Source: Dehalococcoidia bacterium (lineage in GTDB: Bacteria; Chloroflexota; Dehalococcoidia; Plut-88900). Taken from it: 64,000 bases of DNA. The position numbers were made by a program, and so were the translations under genes. The notes below the pieces were generated by a model. It was not told the origin of the DNA and did no database searches. It saw nothing but the letters and a program-made list of their open reading frames with translations. Each line of letters begins with the position of its first letter. Position 1 is the stretch's first letter. Where the stretch lies: the NCBI GenBank assembly GCA_965249275.1, contig CBDFLQ010000007.1, forward strand, positions 480,001 through 544,000, given 5' to 3'. Shown piece after piece: positions 50,399 to 60,887 of the stretch.

Positions 50399-51616
50399 CT
50401 ACCCCTTCACCACAATCCGCTCCCCCTCCCACCCCGAGGTCAGGATTTCGCATCCCGTCTCGGTCACTGCGATACTCTCACTCGCCCCGACCACGAACCT
50501 CGCCGGTATCCGGTATGAGTGCGGAGTGTGGAACGTCATCCCTGCTTCCAAAACCCGGTGGTTGTCCTCGGCGATGTACATTGGACCGTCCGTCCAAGTC
50601 GGCGGGAACCCGAGTCCTACCGAATAGCCGAAGTGCCCCGACCTGAATATCTCTTCATCCACGTCTTTCACCCCTCGCTTGACCTCCACCGCCACTTCGT
50701 GGGCCGTGCGTCCTGCCCGGACGTTGGAATACACCAGTTCCAGGGTGGCCCGGTTTGCATCTATGATCCTCTTCGCCATATCGCTCGGCTCCCCCAGGAT
50801 CACCGTGCGCATCATCGGAGCGGTGTAGCGGTGCCAGCACCCCCCGAACTCCAGCAGAATGTGATCTCCCATCCCTATATCCGCCCGCTTGAACGTCGTG
50901 TGAAACCACCCCGACCTGTGACTCGCGCTCGTAATCGGGTCAATTGAAAAAGGCTCCGAACCCAAGTCGATCATCTCTTTGGCAGCAATGCCCGAGAGCA
51001 CGTTTTCTGTTACTCCGGGCTCCGTGGCCTCTATCGCCGCCGACATCCCCGCCGAGGTGATACTCGCGGCTTTCCTCATGTGTGCAAGCTCGGCCTCCGA
51101 CTTGGTCACCCGGATATCGAACATCAACGTCGTAGCATCGACGAACCGGGCATTGGGCAGCAGCTCTGTCAGTCGTAGATATGCACGAGCATCCAGCGGC
51201 CCGCGCAGCCCCATCTCAATACTGCCCAACTGCACTCCAATATTTCGATTCCCAAAGCCCCGGTCGGCGAGAAGCTGTGCCAGCTGCGTCGGCGCAACAT
51301 CCGCCCCGACCCAGGAAAACGTCACGATGTCCTTCACGTAGCCCTGCAGCACGGCCAGCGCACCCTCTATCTCCCCTACCTGCATGAACGGCTCGCCCTC
51401 CCATGGCACGATCAGGCACGCGTAGGCCTCGGGCCACAGGCTCTGGTAGCCGCTCAGATAACAGTTGTCCACAATGGCGTGTACCAGCAGCACGTCGATC
51501 CCCGCCTCGTCCATCGCCTCCCGAGTCTTCTCCAACCGAGCCCGGTACTCGGACTCCGGGAAGCTCCACTCCCGCGGCACGGGCTCTTTCAAGCATTCCT
51601 TCAGGTAGTCGACCAT
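50399..51616 (-). CDS. M24-fold hydrolase (Xaa-Pro peptidase/creatinase/ectoine-hydrolase-like)
   Basis: FPESEY..R, KSEAEL..MRKA, GYSVGLGFPPTW. Confidence 0.85.
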   Translation of the reverse strand: MVDYLKECLKEPVPREWSFPESEYRARLEKTREAMDEAGIDVLLVHAIVDNCYLSGYQSLWPEAYACLIVPWEGEPFMQVGEIEGALAVLQGYVKDIVTFSWVGADVAPTQLAQLLADRGFGNRNIGVQLGSIEMGLRGPLDARAYLRLTELLPNARFVDATTLMFDIRVTKSEAELAHMRKAASITSAGMSAAIEATEPGVTENVLSGIAAKEMIDLGSEPFSIDPITSASHRSGWFHTTFKRADIGMGDHILLEFGGCWHRYTAPMMRTVILGEPSDMAKRIIDANRATLELVYSNVRAGRTAHEVAVEVKRGVKDVDEEIFRSGHFGYSVGLGFPPTWTDGPMYIAEDNHRVLEAGMTFHTPHSYRIPARFVVGASESIAVTETGCEILTSGWEGERIVVKG

Positions 51617-51672
51617 AAGGACCTCCTATAAGGACACATCCGATTAGCGCATGGGAAAGCCGCGCAGCCCCC

Positions 51673-52491
51673 TCATGACCCCGACCCCAGGCCAGGCTCC
51701 CAACGACCTTGCCAATGAGGTCTCCAATCATATCGCTTTGGAAACTCCCGAGGCTCGATTCCCGTGTCCAGAATCTCGACACCCAATGGCCTGACTGTAA
51801 TCTTCTCCGGGGTTGTAGCGGCGAAGCTGCCGTCCCCCATCGGACACACCGATACCGCAACCAGCAGGTCTATCTCCGCGTAAAAGGCAACGTAATCACC
51901 TGCTCTGGCCTTGGTCGCAGTGATCTCCATTTTTCCTGTCTCAGCGTTTAACCGGGACGGCATACAAAGACAAAAGTTGTCCTGTATGTTCTCTTCGCCC
52001 AAGCCAAAGGGCTCGATGGCCTGGAGGAAGTTCAGATGGCAGGAGTTGAGCCCTTTTCGTTCTGACCTCATCTCCAGAAATTCGGAGGTGCAATGAGACC
52101 CCAATACCAGATGATTGTGCCAACCCTCCTGGTCTTCGACGGTATCCTCAATGCAGGTGGCCATAGGCCTGAAGTACGGCACGTCCGACCAAAGCCTGGT
52201 GTTTTCACGGATGAACCAGCCCTCGATGAGGAAGCTGTGCTCGGGTCTGAAGAGTTCTTTGGGGTCGTGAATGTTCCAAAGCGCGACATCGACTACCTGG
52301 GGACCGGTCTCCTGGATGATGCGGAAGAGTTGGCCTTTTTTGACTTCAAAGCCCGTACCGTTGTTTGGTGGGATGACAGATCTTTCAACCAGGGCGTAAT
52401 CGGGCTTCGCGTTTCGAACTCCATCATAAAAGGCTGGATCCAGGGTGTATTGGGGCAAGAGAGTCTTCGATGGAATGATGGTCACCTTCAT
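51673..52491 (-). CDS. DUF1989 (urea-carboxylase-associated) family protein
   Basis: GPQVVD, LWSDVP, HC, SCH.NF, AEIDLLVAVSVCP.GD. Confidence 0.8.
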   Translation of the reverse strand: MKVTIIPSKTLLPQYTLDPAFYDGVRNAKPDYALVERSVIPPNNGTGFEVKKGQLFRIIQETGPQVVDVALWNIHDPKELFRPEHSFLIEGWFIRENTRLWSDVPYFRPMATCIEDTVEDQEGWHNHLVLGSHCTSEFLEMRSERKGLNSCHLNFLQAIEPFGLGEENIQDNFCLCMPSRLNAETGKMEITATKARAGDYVAFYAEIDLLVAVSVCPMGDGSFAATTPEKITVRPLGVEILDTGIEPREFPKRYDWRPHWQGRWEPGLGSGS

Positions 52492-52794
52492 TGTCAGTCC
52501 TTCCTCCAAGGCCGTTATGTTCCCACGCACGGGAACTTACCCGCAAGTGCTAAAGCCGGCAGGCCGCAGATGAGGGCACATACACCCGCTCCCTCTAATT
52601 GCCCGCCTGGCTCCTGAGGCCGGAGACGGTTATCCGGGAAGTTGAGAAGCTCCTGGATATAGGCTTTACCCACATCATGTTCTTCTAACAGACCGCGAGT
52701 CTTGGGGGAGAGCAGGCCTTGAATTGCCTCCGTCTGCTGGGAGAGATAGTGCTTCCAGCCTTCCGACCCTAGACTCGCAGGACTCTCTGACCGC

Positions 52795-53460
52795 TCACAG
52801 CATCCCTAGCAGGCTCTTCAAGTCCCGAAACTCGTAGTCGGGCCTCGCCTTACCCCATGGCTTCTGGCCCTTGCGGTTAATCCATGCCATGTCGAACCCG
52901 AGCCCCGTGGCCGGAACAACGTCGTGATAGTAGCTCTGCGCCACGTGCAGCACGACTTCCTTCGAGACCCCAAGGGTTGCCAGCATCCGGTCCCAGTGCC
53001 CACGCGCCGGTTTGTACGACCCCACTGCCTGCGCGGTGATCACCTCATCAAACTCGACGCCTATGGTCTCTATCGACTGATGTATAAAGTTCTCGTCAGT
53101 GTTGGACAGGATCACCAGTTTGTAGCCTCGGACCTTCATCTCCGTCAGCGCCTCCGTAGTATCCGAGAACTTCGGCCAACTCCCAAGCGTGTCCCCGAAT
53201 ACCGCCGCCTCCTCCTCGCTGACTTCCACGCCATAATGTCTGAAAGTTTGCTCCACCCCCATCCGCATCACCTCGACGTACTTACCACCGATGCCCTCCT
53301 GTATAGAAGGCTCTATCTCGGCGTATTTTCTGTGAACCTCTTCCGCACTGAGGGACAGCCCTCTCTTTTCGATTACGCTCGCCAGTGCAGCCCGCATCCC
53401 CCCTTCCCAATCGATGAGCGTCCCGTAGCAGTCGAAGGTCAGGATTTCATACTTTGCCAT
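52795..53460 (-). CDS. HAD hydrolase (haloacid dehalogenase type II-like)
   Basis: FDCYGTLIDWE, LSN, YKP, HVAQSYYHD, WINR. Confidence 0.9.
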   Translation of the reverse strand: MAKYEILTFDCYGTLIDWEGGMRAALASVIEKRGLSLSAEEVHRKYAEIEPSIQEGIGGKYVEVMRMGVEQTFRHYGVEVSEEEAAVFGDTLGSWPKFSDTTEALTEMKVRGYKLVILSNTDENFIHQSIETIGVEFDEVITAQAVGSYKPARGHWDRMLATLGVSKEVVLHVAQSYYHDVVPATGLGFDMAWINRKGQKPWGKARPDYEFRDLKSLLGML

Positions 53461-53592
53461 TCCGTCTCCTCTCCAAAGTGACTCCATCGATTATAGGTCA
53501 ACCCCCGCCCTCCGAGAATCCGTTGACACTCGACACTCCCAATGGTCTAATGCCACAAAAGGCCCCAGAGCGAGCAACGGAGGTGTGCGGCT

Positions 53593-54738
53593 ATGAAAAA
53601 CGGCTTTCGTGTAATAGACGGCGACGGCCACATGCAGGAACCGATGGACATTTGGGCTACCTACACCGAACCCGCCTACCGTGAACGCATACCCAAGGTC
53701 AGTGGTCACCTGGGACGCGCCATTTACAGCTACGATCCCTGCGAGGCCTTCCCCGAGGGCCATTCAGTCATCTACGAAGATTCGGTCTTCGCGGACATGG
53801 AGGAGCGCTATGGTGACGCCTACCGCTCCTGGTGGAGCCTCGACACCCGTCTCGCCCACCTGGACCAGGATGGCGTGGATAACCAGGTCTGCTTCCCCAC
53901 TAACGGAAGTGTCGCTACGTCCGCTCACATCACCGACTTCAGCCTTCAGGCAGCCCTGTGCCGTGCCTACAACCGCTGGAGCGAGGACTTTTGCCGCCCC
54001 TCCGAGGGCCGGGTCCAATACATTGCGCAGATTACCCTTAAGGACATCAATCTCGCCGTAGAAGAGATCAACCGTGTCGCCCCCACACCCGAGGTGGCCG
54101 GCATCATGCTCATGGGATTCGGGGATGACGGCGCGGGCCAGCACTGGTCTGACGACAACTTCACTCCTCTCTGGGAAGCGATCACTAAGCACGACATCAC
54201 CGCCGCATTCCACGGTGGCGGAGCCCAACAGCGCCTGTTCGGCGACTATACTGGGCAGCTTTACTCCGTGAGTCATGCCATATCCTTCCCCGTTGACTGC
54301 ATGCTATCCATTGGCGACCTGATATTCGGTGACGTGCTGGAGAAATTCCCGAACATGCGCTGTGGCTTCTACGAAGCAAATGCCGGTTGGACTCCCTTCT
54401 GGCTCTCCCGGATGGACGACCACGGCCCCGGACGCCAGGGCGTTTTCCTACAGGGTCACCACATGCCCTTGAAACCTAGTGAGTATTTCATGCGCCAGTG
54501 CTTCGTCGCCTGCGACCCTGACGAGGGCACACTGCATTCCGCTGTCGAGTGGCTAGATGGCGACAACATAGTCTTCAACACCGACTACCCCCACCCCGAC
54601 GCACCTTTCCCAGGCTCGGTGGACAAGTTCCTGGCCCAACCCCTGGAGGACCGCCACCGGCGGAAAATTCTGTGGGACAACTCCAAGGCGCTCTACGGAA
54701 GCCGGCTCCGCAACGGCGCAGCCTCTAATGGCGGATAA
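53593..54738 (+). CDS. amidohydrolase-2 family protein
   Basis: IDGDGHMQEP, EANAGW, TDYPHPD, KILWDN. Confidence 0.9.
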   Translation: MKNGFRVIDGDGHMQEPMDIWATYTEPAYRERIPKVSGHLGRAIYSYDPCEAFPEGHSVIYEDSVFADMEERYGDAYRSWWSLDTRLAHLDQDGVDNQVCFPTNGSVATSAHITDFSLQAALCRAYNRWSEDFCRPSEGRVQYIAQITLKDINLAVEEINRVAPTPEVAGIMLMGFGDDGAGQHWSDDNFTPLWEAITKHDITAAFHGGGAQQRLFGDYTGQLYSVSHAISFPVDCMLSIGDLIFGDVLEKFPNMRCGFYEANAGWTPFWLSRMDDHGPGRQGVFLQGHHMPLKPSEYFMRQCFVACDPDEGTLHSAVEWLDGDNIVFNTDYPHPDAPFPGSVDKFLAQPLEDRHRRKILWDNSKALYGSRLRNGAASNGG

Positions 54739-54812
54739 GGCACGGTATGTAAGGGTGACAGGGTGACCCGACTCCACAGTCGCCAGGGTCTCTCGGAGAC
54801 CCCGATCACCCT

Positions 54813-55526
54813 ATGAAAGCAATTATTCTGGCCGGGGGTCTGGGCTCAAGGCTCAGGCCCCTGACTGACTCCACCCCCAAGCCCCTCCTCCCCGTCGCCG
54901 GCAAGCCCATCATCCAGTGGCAGATGGAATGGCTCAAGAACGCCGGCGTCAAGGACTTCGTGCTTTCCATCGGTCACCTGGCCGATAAGGTACAGGCAGT
55001 CCTGGGAGACGGCGCAGGTATCGGCGTTTCCATCCGCTATGCCATGGAGCACGAGCCCCTCGGCACCGCCGGCGCCCTCAGAAATGCGATGATCGAAGGC
55101 TCCGTTGAAGGTCCTTTCTACGCAGGAAATGGGGATGTTCTCACGGATCTCGACCCCCGGCTGTGCGAAGGCCTTAGATCAGCTCAAGGTATGGTCGCCG
55201 CCCTGGCGCTCGTGCCTCTGTCCTCTCCTTACGGCATCATCGAGGCGGAGGACAACGGACTGGTGACTGCCTTCAGGGAGAAGCCCCTTCTGCCGCACTG
55301 GATAAACGCGGGCTTCTACTCCCTCTCACAGGACGTGTTCGACTACCTGCCGGAGAAGGGAAGCCTGGAGCGGGACGTCTTCCCAGCCCTTGTCGAAAAG
55401 GGCCTTCTCGGGGGCGCGAGATTACACCCCCGATTCTGGCGGTCAGTCGACACCCACAAGGACCTGGAGGAGACCGCTGCTTTCATCCGGTCCGCGGGCG
55501 ACACCTGGTACGCTGCCCGGGGCTAG
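54813..55526 (+). CDS. sugar-phosphate nucleotidyltransferase
   Basis: ILAGGLGSRLRPLT...PKPL, PLGTAG, NGD, INAG. Confidence 0.9.
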   Translation: MKAIILAGGLGSRLRPLTDSTPKPLLPVAGKPIIQWQMEWLKNAGVKDFVLSIGHLADKVQAVLGDGAGIGVSIRYAMEHEPLGTAGALRNAMIEGSVEGPFYAGNGDVLTDLDPRLCEGLRSAQGMVAALALVPLSSPYGIIEAEDNGLVTAFREKPLLPHWINAGFYSLSQDVFDYLPEKGSLERDVFPALVEKGLLGGARLHPRFWRSVDTHKDLEETAAFIRSAGDTWYAARG

Positions 55527-56572
55527 GCCCAGGCTAGTGCGTAGATTTGCGTCGCCCCTTGCGGCAGAGGGTGTTCCTGCCATGACACACCAGCGTCCTC
55601 GCTTACGTACACCTGCCCCTGATAGGCCGCGCACGCCATCAGGTCCGGGTTAGACCGGTCGAAGGCTATGCAAAAGATTGAGCTTGGCGGCTCAATTCCC
55701 ATGTCCACACTTGCCCAGGTCTCGCCTCCATCCTCGCTTTTGAACAGTCCGCCCCGATTGCCGTCAAATCCGTTTCCCGCGCCCACCCAGATCACATTGG
55801 GGTCCTCCGGGGACTCCTGAATGGCGCGGGTGTACAGCCTCCCAGTAACGTCCAGGGGAGGCAGCGGCACATGCCCCCAATGGTCGCCCTCATCTCTACT
55901 CCTGAACAGTCCTGCGCCGGTTATGGAGAACACCAGCCCCGGGCTCACGCTGCTCGCCAGGACACCGTGAGTGTCCACCGCCTGATCGTTCTGGTACATC
56001 CCGTGGCTCAGGTTCTCCCACGTTTGGCCTCCATCCCGGGTCCGCATCACCCCTCCTACCTCGATAGCGCCGTACAGGATTTCCTGGTCGAACGGGCTGG
56101 CCCCCATCGCCAGGAGCCGTTTCGCGGGATTCGCCCCCGGCCTCATCGTAATCTCCGGGAATAGCATTTCTGTAGAAAGACAGGTCCAGGTCTCTCCGCC
56201 GTCAGCGCTGGCATGGACCTGGGCGTCTTCGCCGCCCGTATACATTGTCATCGGGTCCCGAGGATCGAACAGGATTGACCACACGGGCAAGCCGCTCTCG
56301 ACACCCGGCACCCGAGCCCATGAGTCCCCACAGTCCTCGCTGACGTACGGGCCATCCTGTGTCCCCGCATAAACCGTACGGTGTCGGGAAGGGTGGGGAA
56401 CGATAGCCCTTACTTCAGGCGCCTGAGGCAGGCCCGAAACCGCAAGGTTCCAGCCGCCTGCCCCGTGGTGCACCCTGTACAGCCCCGAGCTAATTGGCTT
56501 GCCGGGAGCCGTCTCTCCTGCCAGCCCTACAAAGAGATGTGACCCGCTGTGTTCATGCCCATTTTCAGCCAT
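55523..56572 (-). CDS. BNR/Asp-box repeat beta-propeller protein
   Basis: repeated SxDGGxTW motifs. Confidence 0.85.
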   Translation of the reverse strand: MAENGHEHSGSHLFVGLAGETAPGKPISSGLYRVHHGAGGWNLAVSGLPQAPEVRAIVPHPSRHRTVYAGTQDGPYVSEDCGDSWARVPGVESGLPVWSILFDPRDPMTMYTGGEDAQVHASADGGETWTCLSTEMLFPEITMRPGANPAKRLLAMGASPFDQEILYGAIEVGGVMRTRDGGQTWENLSHGMYQNDQAVDTHGVLASSVSPGLVFSITGAGLFRSRDEGDHWGHVPLPPLDVTGRLYTRAIQESPEDPNVIWVGAGNGFDGNRGGLFKSEDGGETWASVDMGIEPPSSIFCIAFDRSNPDLMACAAYQGQVYVSEDAGVSWQEHPLPQGATQIYALAWA

Positions 56573-56619
56573 ACCGACTCCTTTCCACTCTCCGACGGAT
56601 GTCGGACCTCACGGCCATC

Positions 56620-57783
56620 CTAGTTCACGACCAACTCATGGGGCACATGTGTAATCACCTCAACGCCGTCCTCATGAATTATCGACTGCTCTCCCAGGGA
56701 CATGGTCAGCCCCGATTCGCTGTCCACGAGGATCATGTGGGTGAAGAAGGTCATGTTGGGTTCCAGCACTAGCGGGTTATCGCCCACTATCATGGGTTGC
56801 TCCATCCAGGAGGGCGCCCACGTTGCACCCATAGTGTAGCCACATGCTTTCAGGAATGCGTGGCCGTATCCGTGCCTTGTGTAAGCATCAGCATGAGCCT
56901 TGAATACGTCTCTGACGGTATTACCGGGCCTCAGGGTCGCCTGGACGGAGGTCAGGGCATCAAGGCAGGCATCGTGCATGCGGCGGTGTCGGTCATCGAC
57001 TTTCGGCCCGGTGACCACGGCCGCCATGTTGGCGGCATGATAGTGGTGATATCCGCAGGCGATCTCATAGGTGACCTGGTCGTTCTCACTCACCGTGCCC
57101 CGACCCGTGGCATAGCGCACCAGGAGGGCCTTGTCGCCGGAGCCCACGGGCCAGTGGCTGGCAGGAGGATCTCCCCCCGCTTTCCATATGATGCTGTGCA
57201 TCTCGGCGAGGATATCGCCTTCATAGGTCCCGGCCCGAGTGAGCTCGATCCCCTTGGCCATCGCCTGATCTATGATCTTTCCGGCCTCTCGAATGTATTC
57301 GAGTTCCTTTGGACTCTTTACCACTCTCTTCAGCCTGATCATGTCCGAGGCGTCTACCAGCTCACAATAGTCTCCTACCGCGGCGGACAAGTCCCGGCCC
57401 ATCTTGCTGGTGAGGCCGTAGGTGTCGTGCTGGACACCGATCCGCTTGCCCTTCAGGTTGAACCTTTCCAGCACCTCCCGAACCGAATTGAATGGAGAGT
57501 TACCTAAACTGTCCACCCAGAGATGCACGTCGTCACACACCGAGGAATATTCGATGCTGGGCACATCCGCAGACCGGGTGATGTGTGTAAGCTCTCCGTT
57601 CACACCAATGTACATGGCGTGAAAAATGACGAAGCCCTGGGTGTCGAGCCCGCAGAGCCAGTACATGTCCTCAATCTTGAAAAGCAGCATCCCTTCGAGG
57701 CCCTGCTTGGACAGCGCTGCCCTGACTCGGGCCTGGCGTTCCGCGAACTCTTCCCTGGTGAAGTAAATCGTAGGTTCCGGCAT
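56620..57783 (-). CDS. M24-fold hydrolase (paralog)
   Basis: FTREEFAERQ, KSPKELEY, CGYTMG; own TTGACA-16 nt-TATGAT promoter upstream. Confidence 0.88.
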   Translation of the reverse strand: MPEPTIYFTREEFAERQARVRAALSKQGLEGMLLFKIEDMYWLCGLDTQGFVIFHAMYIGVNGELTHITRSADVPSIEYSSVCDDVHLWVDSLGNSPFNSVREVLERFNLKGKRIGVQHDTYGLTSKMGRDLSAAVGDYCELVDASDMIRLKRVVKSPKELEYIREAGKIIDQAMAKGIELTRAGTYEGDILAEMHSIIWKAGGDPPASHWPVGSGDKALLVRYATGRGTVSENDQVTYEIACGYHHYHAANMAAVVTGPKVDDRHRRMHDACLDALTSVQATLRPGNTVRDVFKAHADAYTRHGYGHAFLKACGYTMGATWAPSWMEQPMIVGDNPLVLEPNMTFFTHMILVDSESGLTMSLGEQSIIHEDGVEVITHVPHELVVN

Positions 57784-57881
57784 GTTCTCCCCCTATGGAA
57801 CGGCTCCCCGAATCATACGCCGCCACGCTGGACTGTCAATCGCCTTTCACGCGCCAATTAAGCTGAACAGACTTGTGCTGC

Positions 57882-59045
57882 TTAGTTCACGATCAACTCG
57901 TGAGGCACGTGTGTAATGACCTCAACTCCGTCTTCTTGGACTATGATCTGCTCTCCGAGAGACATGGTCAGCCTCGACTCCCGATCTACCAGGATCATGT
58001 GGGTAAAGAAGGTCATGTTAGGTTCGATGACGTGGGGGTTATTTCTTAGAATCAGCGGCTGCTCCATCCATGATGGAGACCAGGTAGCCCCCATGGTGTA
58101 GCCGCAGGCGTTTAGCAGCGCATGTCCATACCCATGCTCGGTGAATGCTTTTACGTGGGCTTCAAACACATCACCAACGGTGTTGCCGGGCCTCAGTGCT
58201 CCCTGCACGCCTTCCAACGCCGCCAGACAAGCTTCGTGCATCCTGCGGTGCCGATCATCGACATTCGGGCCGGTGACCACGGCAGTCATGTTGGCCGCGT
58301 GATAGTGCCGGTAGCCGCAGCCAATCTCGTATGTTACCTGGTCGTTTTCTCCAATCGTGCCCCGGCCGGTGGCGTAGCGCACCAGCATCGCCTTCTTGCC
58401 AGAACCAACGGGCCAATGGGCCGCCGGTGGGTCGCCCCCCGACCTCAATACGATGCCGTACAGCTCAGCCCAAACATCGCCCTCGTACACCCCGGCCTTG
58501 GTCATATCAATGGCCTTGGCCATCACCTGGTCCATAATCTTTCCGGCTTGCCGGATGTATTCAAGCTCCTGCGGGCTCTTCACAACCCTCATCAGGCGGA
58601 TCATGTCCGAGGCATCAACCAGCTCGCAGTAGCCGCCGACCGCCGCGGCCAATTCCTGTCCCATCCTGCTGGAGAGGCCGTAGGTGTCGTGCTGAACACC
58701 GATACGTTTGCCCTTCACGTTGAATCTCTCCAGCACCTCCATCACCGCGTTCATTGGAGAATTATCCAAACTGTCCACCCAGAGGTGCACGTCGTCACAC
58801 ACCGAGGAATATTCGATGCTGGGTACGTCGGCGGAGCGGGTGATGTGGGTCAGTTCTCCGTTTATCCCTATGTACATGGCGTGAAAGATTTTCCAGCCCT
58901 GGGTGTCGAGGCCGCTGAGCCAGTACATGTCTTCAATCTTGAACAGCAGCATCCCCTCCAGACCCTGCTTGGACAGTGCTGCCCTGACTCGGGCCTGGCG
59001 TTCGGCGAACTCTTCTAGGGTGAAGTAAATGGTTGGTCCCGGCAT
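57882..59045 (-). CDS. M24-fold hydrolase (tandem paralog)
   Basis: colinear with the previous gene from MPGPTIYF; GGGGAG RBS and TTGACA-16 nt-TATCAT upstream. Confidence 0.88.
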   Translation of the reverse strand: MPGPTIYFTLEEFAERQARVRAALSKQGLEGMLLFKIEDMYWLSGLDTQGWKIFHAMYIGINGELTHITRSADVPSIEYSSVCDDVHLWVDSLDNSPMNAVMEVLERFNVKGKRIGVQHDTYGLSSRMGQELAAAVGGYCELVDASDMIRLMRVVKSPQELEYIRQAGKIMDQVMAKAIDMTKAGVYEGDVWAELYGIVLRSGGDPPAAHWPVGSGKKAMLVRYATGRGTIGENDQVTYEIGCGYRHYHAANMTAVVTGPNVDDRHRRMHEACLAALEGVQGALRPGNTVGDVFEAHVKAFTEHGYGHALLNACGYTMGATWSPSWMEQPLILRNNPHVIEPNMTFFTHMILVDRESRLTMSLGEQIIVQEDGVEVITHVPHELIVN

Positions 59046-59180
59046 TCTTTCTCCCCTTGATACTGCTGTGCGCATGATACGACGCCGGTCAGACCTGTCA
59101 ATCTCGCTTGCGAATCCGGTGTAAGCCAGTGCGATTTGTGCTACTCTGTCAGTCACAAAAGACCATCAAGGAGAAACTGC

Positions 59181-59846
59181 ATAGCCAACCTCCCCATTAT
59201 CTACACCGTTCGCATGGATGTGACCGATGAAGTCCGCGATTTCTTCGAAGAATGGGCGTCCGGCAGGCACATCGAAGACCTGATGGCGGCGGGATTCGTG
59301 AGCGCCCAGCGTTTCCGCGCCTCCAAGGGGAAGCCCGAGTTCCTGCACCTCTATGAACTGGACAACATCGATTTCCTCAGCACCGACGCCTACAGGGCGG
59401 TTGCCAAGAACGATCCCTATATCACTGACGTCAGGAAAGGTCTCCAAAATCACTCGGCGTCCCTGTACGAGCAGGTTGTCTATCTGCCTTCGGGTGGGGA
59501 CGGGGGCCGGGTGCCGGGCGTAAGTTCACGTCACCTCATAACGGTGCAACTGGAAGTGGAGGAAGGGAAGGAGGACGAGCTAATAGAGTGGCACAGGGAG
59601 GAGCACATCCCAACTCTCCTTCAGGCGGACGGAATGCTGGCCGGAAGGCTATGCCGTCGGACGGTAGCTTATCCATCCATGCCGTGCCTGGACCCGACCT
59701 GGGTATCCATCTACGAGATGTCGGGACCGGACACGTTGCGGGACCCCAAGGTGAAGGAAGCCAACGAGACCGAGTGGGCCAAGCGCATGCACGCGGCGAC
59801 GACCGAGGCCCGGCTGTGCATCCTGGAGAGGATCACCCCTCCCTAG
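59181..59846 (+). CDS. two-domain EthD/DUF4286-like alpha-beta barrel protein
   Basis: two EW...HI..L...G..SA.R...YE repeats; AAGGAG lies 7 nt before an in-frame ATA; start uncertain. Confidence 0.7.
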   Translation: MANLPIIYTVRMDVTDEVRDFFEEWASGRHIEDLMAAGFVSAQRFRASKGKPEFLHLYELDNIDFLSTDAYRAVAKNDPYITDVRKGLQNHSASLYEQVVYLPSGGDGGRVPGVSSRHLITVQLEVEEGKEDELIEWHREEHIPTLLQADGMLAGRLCRRTVAYPSMPCLDPTWVSIYEMSGPDTLRDPKVKEANETEWAKRMHAATTEARLCILERITPP

Positions 59847-60787
59847 CGCACCACCATAATCACCCCGACAAGAGTGACCACTACGCCTGCCATCGTCTTC
59901 AAAGTCAGGCGTTCCCTCAGGAACAGCGGCGACATTAACGCTATCCAGAGCAGGGAGGTGTTGCTGAGGGTGAATGCCACTGCCAACCCGGCCTTCTCCA
60001 CCGCAATCAATATGAACAGGCTCCCGACCCCTAAGCCCAGGCACCCGTTCAGGATCGGTACGACATAGCCGCGGAGTGTCTGCCTGAGGCCCTCGTGGGC
60101 TGTTGAGATTGCAAGAGGCGCTTGGGCAGCCGCTCCCCGCGGCCTTAACAACTTCCCCACTCCCAAAAAGGACAGCACGGTGAGGAATACGAATATTGAG
60201 GGGAGTCGGGCTGAATTCAGTATTATAGGGTCCACCTCTCGAAGTGCCACAGCCTGCATGGAAAAGCCGGTTATCCAGAGCGAGGCAGCCATCACCAGGA
60301 ACCCCATCCCTCTAAATCCCAACCACACCGACTGTGCCAGGTCGGTCTCTTTCCTCTGGAAAAAGCTCAGCGCATAAATCCCAATCAGGATTACGGCAAT
60401 CCCTCCCAATGTCACTGCTGACAGGTCCTCGTCCAGGAAGAATTGTCCCGAGAGTACGGAAAGAATTGCCGAGATGCCGCCCGATAGAGGAATAGCCTTG
60501 TTGGCGTCCACCGACTTAAGAAAAATGAGAAAGAGCGTAAACCCAATTCCGAAGGAGACCACCCCACCACACGCCCCCAAGACTAATGAGGGTACGTGGA
60601 TGTCCGGAATTTCCCGGTATCTCCCCAACACCGCAGCAAGAATGAAGGAGAAGAACGTCCCCCCGAGAGCGGCCAACGCCGCCTGTTTCATTGGGGGCAG
60701 CCGACGGGTCAGCGCCTTGTCGATAAGCGAGCCAAACGCGTGGCTCAAGGACGCGCCAAGTGCGAACAGTTCACCTATCGGCAGCAC
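59843..60787 (-). CDS. DMT/EamA-family transporter
   Basis: about 10 TM helices; FLDE and FLRERL repeats. Confidence 0.85.
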   Translation of the reverse strand: MLPIGELFALGASLSHAFGSLIDKALTRRLPPMKQAALAALGGTFFSFILAAVLGRYREIPDIHVPSLVLGACGGVVSFGIGFTLFLIFLKSVDANKAIPLSGGISAILSVLSGQFFLDEDLSAVTLGGIAVILIGIYALSFFQRKETDLAQSVWLGFRGMGFLVMAASLWITGFSMQAVALREVDPIILNSARLPSIFVFLTVLSFLGVGKLLRPRGAAAQAPLAISTAHEGLRQTLRGYVVPILNGCLGLGVGSLFILIAVEKAGLAVAFTLSNTSLLWIALMSPLFLRERLTLKTMAGVVVTLVGVIMVVR

Positions 60788-60887
60788 GCTTCACTCTTTC
60801 GAAGGGTGAATTTCATAGGCGCCCATCATATCACCCAGCCTGCCAGTTCATTCGACCATATTCCTAATTCGGAGTACACTCCGCTCT

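Noticed and set aside
52500-52790. Guanidine riboswitch or gene remnant upstream of DUF1989
   Set aside because: Only CTAGGGT resembles the ykkC motif and its 3' core is missing. A start-less minus-strand frame (EGWKHYLSQQ...) is too weak to call.
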